The position numbers and the translations under genes are program-made. Positions 38,101 through 47,490 of a stretch of 64,000 nucleotides of DNA are shown here, in pieces. Under the pieces are notes generated by a model, which had not been told where the DNA came from, searched no databases, and worked only from the letters and a program-made list of their open reading frames with translations. This DNA is from an uncultured bacterium (GTDB lineage Bacteria; Cyanobacteriota; Vampirovibrionia; Gastranaerophilales; Gastranaerophilaceae): contig CADBUY010000003.1 of assembly GCA_902797965.1 (NCBI GenBank), positions 102,222 through 166,221 of the forward strand, in the 5' to 3' direction. How positions within the stretch are numbered: the stretch's first letter is position 1; every line of letters starts with the position of its first letter.

Positions 38101-39219
38101 CAAGTCGGAGAAATCGGAATTAACAGTCCTAAACTAGGCAGATTTGGACACCGTATCAAAGGTGAAGCCAGCACTCATGATAAGGTTGCAAACTTCATTA
38201 AAGATGCAGTAAAAGAAGAACAAAAAGCTAAAAAGAAAGGTGAAGAATATACACAAAAGACTCTTCTTAGCGCATTTAAGGATGTTCGTGACAAATACGC
38301 TTGCAGAACTGTTTTTGAATTAGGTGATTTTACAAAACATCCTGAAGTAAAAGTTTTTATAGCACAGGCTCAAACTCTTGCAAGCGAAGGTAAGCCCGAG
38401 CTTGCTGCCGCAAAAATGCATGAAGCAGAATTAAAAGCTGCAAAACTTCAATCAGAGCCAGTACGACTTCAACTGCTGGAAGCTATGAGAAAAGCTAAAA
38501 AAGAGGGTAAAGACTTAAAGGCTGTCAGAATTTCTAATTATTATTCAGAAAACGGTATTCCTATTTTTACTCCTGAACAAATGGAAAGCCTGAAACTTGA
38601 AGCGGCTCAAATGGGCATTGATGTAGAGTTTATAAGACTTGCAAAAGAGATTGATCCAAAAGCTGAGACAGAGTTTGTAGATGGTGCTTCAACTAAGAAA
38701 CAGCCATCAGGTTATACGGCACTTCAAATAAACTTTGAAACCAAGACTGGCGAGGTTATAGAATGGCAGTATAGAGGAGAGCTTGTAAACGAATTTGCAG
38801 AGGCTGAACATCTTCCGTATGATTTGAGAACAGGTAAGCATCCTTGGAAGCAGATTCCTGAACTAAAAGCGTTGTATGAGCCGATTGCTGATTTATTACA
38901 AGAAAAAGTAATGCCAAAATACGCGTACAAACAGCTTAACAGATACTTTACGGATTATTATACACACCTTCGCAGACTAGAACTCGGTTTTGAATCACAA
39001 GAACCAAGGCTATCCGATTACGAAAATTGGAAAGCAAAAGACGAAAACGGTGTTGAACAAAGGTATTCATTTAAATTTGACTCTCGCTTAGAAGCTAAAA
39101 ACCTAATGGAGCTTCATCATTTTGCCGAAGGCATAAAAGACGGTCTAATCACCCCCGAAAGAGCAGTCGAAGAGTTTAATATGTTTGTAGAAAAAAATAA
39201 GAGGGCAAATAATATGTGA
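35113..39219 (+). CDS. Large EF-hand / hydrophobic-helix protein with C-terminal RelA/SpoT-type synthetase domain
   Basis: DSDKSGVIE EF-hand; RIKGEASTHDK, DVRDKYACR, SGYTALQ, EWQYRG, FAEAEHLPY motifs. Confidence 0.78.
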   Translation: MSFGEFFLQSNNGNKVNLNFKGKLKREDFLGNEKLLKIFDYFDSDKSGVIENLTKDGKNEIANIFAHIKQASELREGEGNAVLDSREAISLTSFIKGLNGVTASELFEFLKTVEEKKNVVEKEKIEVSSDGTKTVTSTLKDGSIETDVFYPDGELKLRVTETPISEDFTKGKKNIDSDTEVLEKEGSDGKKEMLSIAKGAKEGAIVLEGDSAKYLSEKYNKEVVSAYYKNGVMELRDKNNKPVMRVAVDISPKVEHELREFVGKHLKESSENVLELAKTVGWVDKLGIDLQDISINKTNLALSILNPALLLTVLEANGKEKLEEYLNQLRDNVKNGELLESGATTQGAFDSRFERITGHSEVNFLQIEQLRQTADKYNNVQGLNQRIVLLNQGIKEVKQLYQNYRAQKQGVPNSGKLNSNFDGKILEILTQFFNGDENVAKALIQTISKGITSKDDLYRKFNAVLTTIKQKASETKADLLKGESEEELKARYENEYKAMYGQDAFFRAEELITNGKETGGMIQIGMMTAAQMLLAAATMGTGNAALMALQSNALIGFLSTVGTDYALSLSNILSSERGFTTEAQDELHQRTLGTAEFIGFGMVAANPLSRAVGKYASKLFASDAEKVLEGAFAQEVKAGTNAVTRTTTGALTKTTLSLESALEWVVVKGAEFGTEILAFSGLELLQEDEEFKKVLGGQASTLTKLKVMNAALQVMLGSFVRNQALRGQSKLVVKECNKMLKDMGIEDGKLTENKRPGGSNYTLEINGETMTFKDIKELQANFMSVLAENYIKTRQIPEEIKNLDNDSLVSEFTKLIQKQDALSESENARLVDLYQELQNRGLGVNDGVNDKVKNNPTPKSKISTLPQGEGEGTTYPLKGEVKRPEDSPLTPTPREGNGSISDPRYTKPLTPYTEAGNKIHNLKSSKPEENLQLIAEIKAEIETLRKTAPEKAQELQIVLEMFTNPTVVSEVTDAQIDAVINYLNDHYDHLEGYLTEQVGEIGINSPKLGRFGHRIKGEASTHDKVANFIKDAVKEEQKAKKKGEEYTQKTLLSAFKDVRDKYACRTVFELGDFTKHPEVKVFIAQAQTLASEGKPELAAAKMHEAELKAAKLQSEPVRLQLLEAMRKAKKEGKDLKAVRISNYYSENGIPIFTPEQMESLKLEAAQMGIDVEFIRLAKEIDPKAETEFVDGASTKKQPSGYTALQINFETKTGEVIEWQYRGELVNEFAEAEHLPYDLRTGKHPWKQIPELKALYEPIADLLQEKVMPKYAYKQLNRYFTDYYTHLRRLELGFESQEPRLSDYENWKAKDENGVEQRYSFKFDSRLEAKNLMELHHFAEGIKDGLITPERAVEEFNMFVEKNKRANNM
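37677..37800 (+). repeat. In-frame palindromic repeat insertions within CDS
   Basis: ccccaccccgaaatcaaagatttcgaccctccctcaaggagaggg and degenerate copies encoding PTPKSKISTLPQGEG...SPLTPTPREG. Confidence 0.65.
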
Positions 39220-39298
39220 ATTAAGTTAAAGATGTTGATACAACAAAATATAATACCTATACATTTACCCCAAAATATTGTAAAATAAAGGACAGAAT

Positions 39299-39751
39299 AT
39301 GGATAACAGAATTAATCAAAACAAAATCAACAACATAAAATTCAGAGGTGCTAAGCCAAGTAATATAAATAATGGCTTAGCAAAAGGAGTTGAAAAAATG
39401 GATGAGCTTGTCAAAAAAATGGTTGCGGATTTAAAGAACAAAGCGAAGGACAAATCAAAAGTTCCAACTAAAGGCGAATTTGATGTTGTTTGGGAAGAAT
39501 TTGAAAACCCTGACAAATCACTCAATGCAACTCACTTTCTTCTAAAAATCTCTGTCCCGAAAGTCAAAGGTGCAGAAGATAAAAGATACCTCGAAGCTGC
39601 TGCCGTTAAGCGCGGAAGCCAGTATGGTGCAGAAAGTGTCATAGGATTAGGTTCTACGCAAGAAATTGTGGATAAACTTAGCGAGCAGGGCATAGAACAA
39701 ATTCTTAAAGAGAAGTTTATTAAACTCGCAAAAAGTTTAGAGGATGTGTAA
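39299..39751 (+). CDS. Hypothetical protein (candidate immunity or partner)
   Basis: 150 aa, AAGGA RBS, directly after the RelA-domain gene. Confidence 0.7.
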   Translation: MDNRINQNKINNIKFRGAKPSNINNGLAKGVEKMDELVKKMVADLKNKAKDKSKVPTKGEFDVVWEEFENPDKSLNATHFLLKISVPKVKGAEDKRYLEAAAVKRGSQYGAESVIGLGSTQEIVDKLSEQGIEQILKEKFIKLAKSLEDV

Positions 39752-39833
39752 ATCGACAGACTGTTAGTGCGTATACTCCCGAAAAAATCCATGTTATAAT
39801 AAATATACAGATATTTGTAAAAGGAGAAGGATT

Positions 39834-40184
39834 ATGACCACTTTAAGAAATGAACGTGTTAGAAAAGAATTAATGCGTGATATCTCTGATATTTTGAGAA
39901 AAGAAGTCAGAGGATTAGAGGGTGTTGTGTCCGTTGTTGATGTGGAAGTTTCACATGATAATTCCTATGCAAAAGTTATTTATAGTGTACTTGGTTCTCC
40001 TGAACAAGTAGAAAAAGACAAAGAAATTATTGAAAGAAATACAGGTAAAGTACGTTACGAAGTAGGTAAAAGAATTCGTCTAAGAGTTACACCTGAAATT
40101 AAGTTTGTGTTCTCAGACGGTCTTGAACAAGGCTCAAAGGTTCTTGATTTGATTGAAAAAATATCAAGAGGCGAGATTAAGTAA
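39834..40184 (+). CDS. rbfA: Ribosome-binding factor A
   Basis: R.ERV, VSHDNSYAKV, RLRVTPEIKF. Confidence 0.93.
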   Translation: MTTLRNERVRKELMRDISDILRKEVRGLEGVVSVVDVEVSHDNSYAKVIYSVLGSPEQVEKDKEIIERNTGKVRYEVGKRIRLRVTPEIKFVFSDGLEQGSKVLDLIEKISRGEIK

Positions 40185-41041
40185 TGTTTGGTTTTTTAAA
40201 CGTATATAAGCCTGTTGGCAAAACATCTCATGATGTTGTTGCTGTTTTAAGGCGTGTTACTAAAATTAAGCAGATTGGTCATACAGGAACTTTAGACCCA
40301 TTTGCAGAGGGAGTATTACCAATTTGTATAGGAAAAGCAACAAGGCTTATAGAGTATCTTAATGATGAAAAAGCTTATGCAGGAACTGTTCTGCTTGGCA
40401 AATCCACAACTACTTATGATATTGAGGGCGAGGTGGTAAATACTTCCGATAAAACGGTTTCTTTAGATGAAATCGAAACTGCTTTAAACAAATTTAAAGG
40501 TGATATTGAGCAGTTACCTCCAATTTATTCTGCAATAAAAGTTCAGGGTAAAAAACTTTATGAATACGCCAGAGAAGGAAAAGAAGTTAAAATTGAACCT
40601 CGAAGGGTAAATATAAAAGAAATTAAAGTATTAAACTTTGATAAAGAAAATCGATTGTTGGAATTATATATTGCTTGCTCAAAAGGAACATATATTCGCT
40701 CAATTGCAAATGATTTAGGTGAAGAACTTGGAACATACGGACATCTCGTTAAATTGGTAAGAGTTCAGGCTGGAAATTTTGGGGTAAATGAAGCGATAAA
40801 ACTGGAAGAATTGAACTCTGTAGAAAAAGTTCGAGAAAATTTAATATCTCCGCTAAAATATTTGGATTATCAGCAATATAATCTGAATGACGAGGAATTT
40901 GAAAAAGTATCTCATGGAAATCAAATTTTTGCTCAACAACCTCTTAATGACGGAACAATTGTTTTAGTCAGAGATTCAGAACTTGTTGCAATTGCTGAAT
41001 GCAGCGCAGGTAAGATAAAATGCAGTAAAGTGTTTATATAA
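40184..41041 (+). CDS. truB: tRNA pseudouridine(55) synthase
   Basis: GHTGTLDPFAEGVL, PPIYSAIKVQGKKLYEYAR, CSKGTYIRS. Confidence 0.96.
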   Translation: MFGFLNVYKPVGKTSHDVVAVLRRVTKIKQIGHTGTLDPFAEGVLPICIGKATRLIEYLNDEKAYAGTVLLGKSTTTYDIEGEVVNTSDKTVSLDEIETALNKFKGDIEQLPPIYSAIKVQGKKLYEYAREGKEVKIEPRRVNIKEIKVLNFDKENRLLELYIACSKGTYIRSIANDLGEELGTYGHLVKLVRVQAGNFGVNEAIKLEELNSVEKVRENLISPLKYLDYQQYNLNDEEFEKVSHGNQIFAQQPLNDGTIVLVRDSELVAIAECSAGKIKCSKVFI

Positions 41042-41381
41042 CAATATCAATCTCTTTTTCAAATCTGTCCAAAACCGGTTTAACTTTCGGTCTTAAATCT
41101 TTTGAAAAAAGATTTTGGTTTTTGTTTGCAATCTCAAGTATGTCTTCAGTAGCTTTGGCTAAATCAGGATATTTAGCAAGAATTTTTTTGCTAACTTCTT
41201 CTGCATATTTTCTGTATCCCAGATGCCCAGTGTATTTTGGAACATTGCCATGTACTTGTTTAAGAGTTTCAATATATCCGTTCATTCCGTCAGGTTCAAA
41301 TATTTTTCGTGTTGTAATCTCCAAAATTCTTCCTGTCGGGTATTTTTGTCCAAATGTTGTATTGTTAATCTGTATGTTCAT
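41034..41381 (-). CDS. Hypothetical protein (MNIQINNTTFG N-terminus)
   Basis: 115-aa ORF. Confidence 0.65.
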   Translation of the reverse strand: MNIQINNTTFGQKYPTGRILEITTRKIFEPDGMNGYIETLKQVHGNVPKYTGHLGYRKYAEEVSKKILAKYPDLAKATEDILEIANKNQNLFSKDLRPKVKPVLDRFEKEIDIVI

Positions 41382-41469
41382 ATCTTTTATAAAACCTGTA
41401 AAAATTTTTTTTGCTATAAAAAAGAAGCCTTATTAGACTTCTTTTTCTTTAGAATGTTATTTATTAATT

Positions 41470-42384
41470 CTATTTAACGCTGTTTGCACCTGAAACAATT
41501 TCAACAAGCTCTTGTGTAATTGCTCCTTGACGAGCCTTGTTATAATCAACAGTGAGTGTATTAATTATTTCTTCAGCGTTATTTGAAGCTGCTGACATGG
41601 CTGTCATACGAGAAGCGAGTTCAGAAGCGTTTGCTTCTAATAATGCTTGATAAATAGAGTTTGTTATATACATTGGAACTAATTGTTTCAAAACTGCATG
41701 CGGTGATGGTTCAAAAGTCATAAGAGGATCAATTTCGTGCTCTTTGGCTTTTTCAACTTTGACAGGAAGTATTTCCCATGAAACAACATTATAAGACATC
41801 ATGTTATTAAAGTGAGTTGTAAAGATATCAATACTATCTAATTCACCTTTAACAAAATCTTCTGCCATATCTTCGGCAATAAGGGTTGCGCCTGTAGCAG
41901 TAGGATCATTTGCAATAGCCATATATCCTTTTTTAAGAATATAGTCGCCACTGCTTTGTTTATGTTTAAAAGCAGAAATGGCTTTTTGTCCTACAGGATA
42001 AATAAAAGTCTTTATTCCGTTTTCCTTATTTTCTTTTACCCTCTTAAAAGCGGCTTTGATTACGTTAGCATTGTATGCACCTGCAAGACCTTTGTTTGAA
42101 GTAAGAACAAGTAACCCCTCTGCTTTAACTTCTCTTGGAGTGATTAATTCCGGATAATTATCTAATGCCCTTTCAACTTTTAAGCCTTGTTTAGAGTATT
42201 CACTAACAGTTCCGAGCATTTTTCTAAAAAGGTGCAAAAGCTCATCAGAAAATGGTCTGCCGGCTTTAACCGTAGATTCAGCTTTTTTTACCTTTGCTGC
42301 TGCAACCATTTTCATTGCTTTTGTAATCTTTTTAGTGTTCTGAACGCTGTTTATTCTGTTTTTTATGTCTTTTAAGTTTGGCAT
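41470..42384 (-). CDS. atpG: ATP synthase F1 gamma
   Basis: KITKAMKMVAAAK; ASELASRMTAM; NKARQGAITQEL. Confidence 0.97.
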   Translation of the reverse strand: MPNLKDIKNRINSVQNTKKITKAMKMVAAAKVKKAESTVKAGRPFSDELLHLFRKMLGTVSEYSKQGLKVERALDNYPELITPREVKAEGLLVLTSNKGLAGAYNANVIKAAFKRVKENKENGIKTFIYPVGQKAISAFKHKQSSGDYILKKGYMAIANDPTATGATLIAEDMAEDFVKGELDSIDIFTTHFNNMMSYNVVSWEILPVKVEKAKEHEIDPLMTFEPSPHAVLKQLVPMYITNSIYQALLEANASELASRMTAMSAASNNAEEIINTLTVDYNKARQGAITQELVEIVSGANSVK

Positions 42385-42405
42385 TGTTTCCTCTTATATT
42401 TACCC

Positions 42406-43920
42406 CTACCCCAAAGTTTTTCCGTACTCTTCAAGCTTAGCTTTTAAAGTTGCAATATCTTCGTCAGAAAGTTTTGCACCTTCATTTAAAGCCTTGCTCA
42501 TTTCAGGAAGATTAGCTTCAAAGTACTCAAACCAGCCTGTCTTGTATGCAGTAATATCTTTGTTATCAACTTCATCCAAGAAACCTTCGTTTGCGGCAAA
42601 CAAGATTGTAACTTGTTGAGCAACTGTAAGTGGCTTGTATTGAGGTTGTTTAAGAACTTCTGTAAGTTTTTGTCCTCTTAAAAGCTGTTTCTTTGTAGCA
42701 GCATCTAAGTCTGATGCAAACTGAGCGAACGCTTCAAGTTCTCTGAATTGCGCTAAGTCCAAACGAAGTTTTCCTGCAACTTGTTTAATACCCTTAGTTT
42801 GAGCTGCACCACCAACACGAGATACTGAAATACCTGCGTTGATTGCGGGTCTTACGCCAGAGTTAAACAATGATGTTTCAAGGAATATTTGTCCGTCTGT
42901 AATTGAAATTACGTTAGTCGGAATATATGCTGAAACATCGCCTGCTTGAGTTTCAATAATCGGAAGTGCTGTAATACTACCTCCGCCAAGTTCATCATTC
43001 AACTTAACAGCTCTTTCAAGTAGTCTTGAGTGTAAGTAGAATACATCACCGGGGTATGCTTCACGTCCCGGTGGTCTTTTAAGAAGCAAACTCATTGCAC
43101 GATATGCCTGAGCGTGTTTTGTTAAATCATCATACACGATTAAAACGTGTTTACCTTGTTCCATAAATTCTTCTGCAATTGCAACACCTGCAAATGGTGC
43201 AATATATTGCATTGGAGCAGGCTCATTGGCAGTAGATGCAACGATAATAGAATAATCCATTGCGCCGTGTTTTTCTAAAGTTTTAGCAATCTGAGCGACA
43301 GTAGATGCTTTTTGACCGATTGCAACGTAGATACAAATAACATCTCCGCCTTTTTGGTTAATGATTGTATCAATTGCAACCGCGGTTTTACCTGTTTGTC
43401 TGTCACCGATAATAAGTTCACGTTGACCGCGACCAATTGGGGTTAAAGCATCAATTGCGGTTAATCCTGTTTGAAGCGGCTGGTGAACAGATTTTCTTGC
43501 TACAATACCCGGTGCAACTCTTTCAATCGGACGAGTTTTGTCTGATAAAATATCGCCTTTACCGTCAATCGGGCGTCCTGTTGGGTTAACAATTCTTCCG
43601 ATAAGTGCATCGCCTACAGGGACAGAAGCAATTCTGCCGGTTGTTTTAACAGTCATGCCTTCTTTAATATGTGTATATTCACCTAATATTACAACACCAA
43701 CATTGCTTTCTTCAAGGTTTAATGTAATACCCAAAGTACCTTTGCCGTCTTCAAATTCAACAAGTTCGTTTGACATAACGTTACGTAATCCGTAAATACG
43801 TGCTATACCGTCACCTACTTCAATAACCGAACCTATATTTGAAACTTCGGCTTTAGCTTCGTAGTTTCTGATGTTCTCTTTTAATATAGAACTGATTTCA
43901 TCAGGATTAATTACTGCCAT
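42406..43920 (-). CDS. atpA: ATP synthase F1 alpha
   Basis: [30 protein letters not shown]. Confidence 0.98.
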   Translation of the reverse strand: MAVINPDEISSILKENIRNYEAKAEVSNIGSVIEVGDGIARIYGLRNVMSNELVEFEDGKGTLGITLNLEESNVGVVILGEYTHIKEGMTVKTTGRIASVPVGDALIGRIVNPTGRPIDGKGDILSDKTRPIERVAPGIVARKSVHQPLQTGLTAIDALTPIGRGQRELIIGDRQTGKTAVAIDTIINQKGGDVICIYVAIGQKASTVAQIAKTLEKHGAMDYSIIVASTANEPAPMQYIAPFAGVAIAEEFMEQGKHVLIVYDDLTKHAQAYRAMSLLLKRPPGREAYPGDVFYLHSRLLERAVKLNDELGGGSITALPIIETQAGDVSAYIPTNVISITDGQIFLETSLFNSGVRPAINAGISVSRVGGAAQTKGIKQVAGKLRLDLAQFRELEAFAQFASDLDAATKKQLLRGQKLTEVLKQPQYKPLTVAQQVTILFAANEGFLDEVDNKDITAYKTGWFEYFEANLPEMSKALNEGAKLSDEDIATLKAKLEEYGKTLG

Positions 43921-43973
43921 TTCTATCCTCTCTTATATTTTGTAGTTTTTATTTGAATAAATTTTATTTACAA

Positions 43974-44516
43974 CTATGCTCTGATTATGTTTTCGCATAG
44001 TTTGTCAAGTTTATGCTTGATACTATTGTCAACAACTGTGTCGTTAATATTAAATATCAAACCTGCAATAATATCTGTATCGACCCCCCAGCTTACTTTT
44101 ATGTCTTTGTGAAGCTTTTCTGCAAGGCGTGATTTGATTTCACTTTTTCTTTCATCTGATAAATCTATTGCAGAGGTTATGTTGACTCTTACAATATTTT
44201 TAAGTTTTTCAAGTTCTTGTTCAAACTCATCAACAATTTCACTAATCAAGTTAATTCTTTTCTTGAGATTTAATGCAAACAAGAAGTTATAAACAATGGG
44301 TAATACTCTTTCTTGAAAAAGTTTGCAAATAACAATTTGTTTTTCTTCTGTTGATACTGACGGGTTACTGATTACGTCCGAAAGTTCCTTGGAATTTTCA
44401 AATGTTTCTGCAACACTTTTTAAATCAGATAAAACATTTTCTTTAGAAATGTTTTCATCTTCTTGTACCAGTTCTATAAGAGCTTTTGCCCACTTTTTTG
44501 ACACCAGTTCTGCCAT
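43974..44516 (-). CDS. atpH: ATP synthase F1 delta
   Basis: OSCP pattern, operon position. Confidence 0.92.
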   Translation of the reverse strand: MAELVSKKWAKALIELVQEDENISKENVLSDLKSVAETFENSKELSDVISNPSVSTEEKQIVICKLFQERVLPIVYNFLFALNLKKRINLISEIVDEFEQELEKLKNIVRVNITSAIDLSDERKSEIKSRLAEKLHKDIKVSWGVDTDIIAGLIFNINDTVVDNSIKHKLDKLCENIIRA

Positions 44517-45020
44517 TTATCCTTCCACTTCGTTAATAGCTTCTACGCTTTCGTTTATTAGCTTGTTATGTAGTTCTGGGTTGTTATTAAGTTCATTAAT
44601 AATATGCTCACGTGCAACTTCCACAGATGCAAGTGATGCACGGCGCATAATATCATTTTTCATAACACCTGTTTTATTTTCAATTAATTTTAATGCATTT
44701 GTTTTAATATTATCAGCAGATTTATTTGCATCAGCAAGAATTTGTCCACCGACTAATTCTGCATTTGCCTCAGATTGTTTGATAATGCTGTCAACTTCCT
44801 GTGCAAGGTTAGCAACTTTATCTTCAATTGTTTTAAGTTTTATTTCAGATTCGTCTTTTGCAGTTTCAGAGTTATCAATTTTTGCAGCAACATCCTGTGT
44901 GCCTTTATTTAAAACACCCATTACGTTGAGTTTAACGAACAGGAATATAATAATTCCTGCAAAAATTATAAAATTGAATAAATTTGTCCGAGCAATAAAA
45001 TCCAAAACTGTCTCAAACAT
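44517..45020 (-). CDS. atpF: ATP synthase F0 subunit b
   Basis: TNLFNF TM plus coiled coil (cyanobacterial-type b). Confidence 0.88.
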   Translation of the reverse strand: MFETVLDFIARTNLFNFIIFAGIIIFLFVKLNVMGVLNKGTQDVAAKIDNSETAKDESEIKLKTIEDKVANLAQEVDSIIKQSEANAELVGGQILADANKSADNIKTNALKLIENKTGVMKNDIMRRASLASVEVAREHIINELNNNPELHNKLINESVEAINEVEG

Positions 45021-45035
45021 TTCTTTTTATACCTT

Positions 45036-45515
45036 CTAACCTTTCTCGTTATATAGAATATTGTTAATTTTGTCATTATCAAAACCTTGAACTTCGCTTC
45101 TGTATCCAAGGACTTTTTCTACGATATCGTTTGCCAAATCTGTCATTTTCCATTTCAAATTCTCTTTTGCTTCATTTGAAACATTGCTTAAATCAGAATA
45201 AGCTTTTTCTAATTCCTCATGTGTCTTAGCCTGAGCATTTTTAACGATATCAGTTCTTTGTTCTTTAAACTTAGCAAGGAGTTCATTATATTTCCCCCTG
45301 CCGTCTTCTTTTGCTTCGATTATTTTTTTGTTTCTGTTCTCATCAAGTTCATCTGCTTTTGCGTTGTTTGCATTTGCAACGTCATAATTCCCATTTATAA
45401 AATCATTTCTCTCTTTAACAATTTTATGAACAGGTTCATACAGCAATTTGTTCATTATGAAAACAAATACTAAAAATGAAATAATTGATACAAAAAAAGT
45501 TCCGTTAAATTCCAT
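45036..45515 (-). CDS. ATP synthase F0 subunit b'
   Basis: FNGTF..FLVF..MNKLLYEP..ER; second b-type subunit. Confidence 0.88.
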   Translation of the reverse strand: MEFNGTFFVSIISFLVFVFIMNKLLYEPVHKIVKERNDFINGNYDVANANNAKADELDENRNKKIIEAKEDGRGKYNELLAKFKEQRTDIVKNAQAKTHEELEKAYSDLSNVSNEAKENLKWKMTDLANDIVEKVLGYRSEVQGFDNDKINNILYNEKG

Positions 45516-45530
45516 TGGTTATATTTACCC

Positions 45531-45776
45531 CTAGCCCATCATTCCTGATAATTTCATAGCAATAACTAATGCGTAAATAGCACAAGCTTCTGCTAAAGCT
45601 GCACCAACTAAGAAGAAACCAACTGCTTTACCTGCTATTTCAGGTTGTCTTGCTATTGATTCCAAAAGACCTTTTGTTGCAATACCAATACCAAGTCCGG
45701 CACCAACTGCACCAAAACCCATTGCAATACCTGCACCTAATTGTGCTAAATCAGAAATTGTTTTTACTTCTTCCAT
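45531..45776 (-). CDS. atpE: ATP synthase F0 subunit c
   Basis: GAGLGIG, ARQPE, ALAEA. Confidence 0.96.
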   Translation of the reverse strand: MEEVKTISDLAQLGAGIAMGFGAVGAGLGIGIATKGLLESIARQPEIAGKAVGFFLVGAALAEACAIYALVIAMKLSGMMG

Positions 45777-45820
45777 TTTTTTCTCCTTTATTTTCCAGTT
45801 CTATTATCTTTGAGAAGTTT

Positions 45821-45856
45821 CCCCCTCACCCTTACCCTCTCCCGCAGGGCGAGGGG
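45821..45856 (+). repeat. CCCTCxCCC-type palindromic repeat between atpB and atpE
   Basis: ccccctcacccttaccctctcccgcagggcgagggg. Confidence 0.75.
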
Positions 45857-45864
45857 ATTGTTTG

Positions 45865-46560
45865 TTAATGTTCCTCATTAACTGCTGTTGCTATATAAAC
45901 AGTAGTAAGCATAGTAAATACAAGAGCCTGAACGCAAGCTACAAGTATTTCAAAAAACATAATCGGAAGCGGTAACCCCCATGCGCAAATGCCCAAAAGA
46001 GCACCGATTAAGATTTCACCTGCTAATATATTCCCGAAAAGACGGAGAGCAAGTGTTAACGGTCTTGTAAACAGTTCTAATATTTCAACAAGCATTGATA
46101 TAATTCCAACAAAAGAGAATTCGTGGAGTAAAAATTTACCCCTTTTCTTTATTAAACCTGCTGTTACATAGTAAATTAAAACAATTATAGCAAGACCGGC
46201 TGTCATGTTTATGTCATTTGTAGGTGATGCGAATTCACCATGTTTTAGTTCAAAAATCTTTAATGGTAATTGTCCCATAAGGTTGGCTGTTACTATGAAT
46301 AAAAATAAAGATGCAATGAGCGGAAAATGTTTTTCACCATCTTTGTTAATCATACTTTTTATAAGATTATCAAAATATCCAAGAATACTTTCCATTACAT
46401 ACTGTAATTTCCCCGGAATAATAGACAATTTTTTTGTTGTAATAAATGCTACAACTATTAAGAAAGCCATTGCGGCCCACATGGTTACAAGTGTATCCAT
46501 ATTGAATGCCATCGGATGTCCTGCAATCACTGTATTTACAATCCAGTGTCCTTCGCTCAT
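45865..46560 (-). CDS. atpB: ATP synthase F0 subunit a
   Basis: SPTNDIN, RPLTLALRLFGNILAGE, QALVF. Confidence 0.96.
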   Translation of the reverse strand: MSEGHWIVNTVIAGHPMAFNMDTLVTMWAAMAFLIVVAFITTKKLSIIPGKLQYVMESILGYFDNLIKSMINKDGEKHFPLIASLFLFIVTANLMGQLPLKIFELKHGEFASPTNDINMTAGLAIIVLIYYVTAGLIKKRGKFLLHEFSFVGIISMLVEILELFTRPLTLALRLFGNILAGEILIGALLGICAWGLPLPIMFFEILVACVQALVFTMLTTVYIATAVNEEH

Positions 46561-46617
46561 TTAAACCTCTCTTCTCAAAGTCTATAATATCATAATTTTA
46601 AACTATGTGCAATATTG

Positions 46618-46830
46618 TTAATCAAAACGGAGTTCATTTTGTTCACCCTCGTTAACCTCTGCTTCTGTTTCATAATATTCCTGAGAAAGTTGAGTGTCGG
46701 TAATCTTTACGTCTACAAGCTTCTTTAAAACTTCGATGTAATCAAGACATTTTTTACCCTTTACACCATGAGTTTCCATTTGTATTTCGCCGTTTGGCAA
46801 TAATTTAATTTTTAATTTTTTATCAGACAT
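46618..46830 (-). CDS. DUF2997-like protein
   Basis: LKIKLLPNGEIQMETHGVKGKKCLD...SQEYYE. Confidence 0.75.
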   Translation of the reverse strand: MSDKKLKIKLLPNGEIQMETHGVKGKKCLDYIEVLKKLVDVKITDTQLSQEYYETEAEVNEGEQNELRFD

Positions 46831-46843
46831 ATTATCAATCCTT

Positions 46844-47380
46844 TTAATCAATATTTACTGTTAAAACTATTGTGTTATCGTCCATAACTTCTTCTTGTTC
46901 GACTTGCATATTATTTTCTTTAAGTTTATCTAAAATATGCAAGTAAGCATCTTCCTGAACATTCATTGCGTATTCGCTATTCAAGTCTCCGACTTTCTCT
47001 TCTGCATTATCTTGTTCAAGGCAATGTATTTTAACATTGTATGGCTTATCTTCAGCTTCTTTTTCAAAAACCAATTTATAATTATCTACTTCTCCTGATA
47101 ATCCGTTATCAAATTCTGTAATATTTTTAACGCCATGTTCTTCAAGTGTCTTTAACAGAATACTTTTATCCATAAATGGTGTTTCAAAAGTTTTTTCTAT
47201 AAAATGTTTTTCGGTAATAACGTGATCTTCAGAACAATTTTCTGCTTCATTATATATAGAACTCAGTTCTTGAAAATTTGCATTATTCTCAGCATTTTTT
47301 GCTGCTGTTGCGGCTGCTGTTGCAATAGCTCCAACTACCCACATTAGTGCGTATGGTACTGCGATTACTGTACATGACAT
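46844..47380 (-). CDS. DUF1257/Ycf35-like hypothetical protein
   Basis: T.FMDKSILLKTLEE.G ... EEVMDDNTIVLTV; between AAA and DUF2997. Confidence 0.6.
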   Translation of the reverse strand: MSCTVIAVPYALMWVVGAIATAAATAAKNAENNANFQELSSIYNEAENCSEDHVITEKHFIEKTFETPFMDKSILLKTLEEHGVKNITEFDNGLSGEVDNYKLVFEKEAEDKPYNVKIHCLEQDNAEEKVGDLNSEYAMNVQEDAYLHILDKLKENNMQVEQEEVMDDNTIVLTVNID

Positions 47381-47490
47381 ATTTAAATTCTCCTATTATT
47401 GACGGCTTAGTAAAGCCAACCTGCTTACTTTAGATTTCTTCTCATTGTCGATTTTGAAAACCAAACCTATATATAACTTATTTACCCCCC

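Noticed and set aside
35113-39219. Housekeeping RelA/SpoT
   Set aside because: Synthetase is C-terminal, with no HD, TGS or ACT domains
44323-45039. 238-aa antisense ORF in the atp operon (and similar shadows at 52252, 54671, 8923)
   Set aside because: Antisense to well-conserved genes, no RBS or motifs
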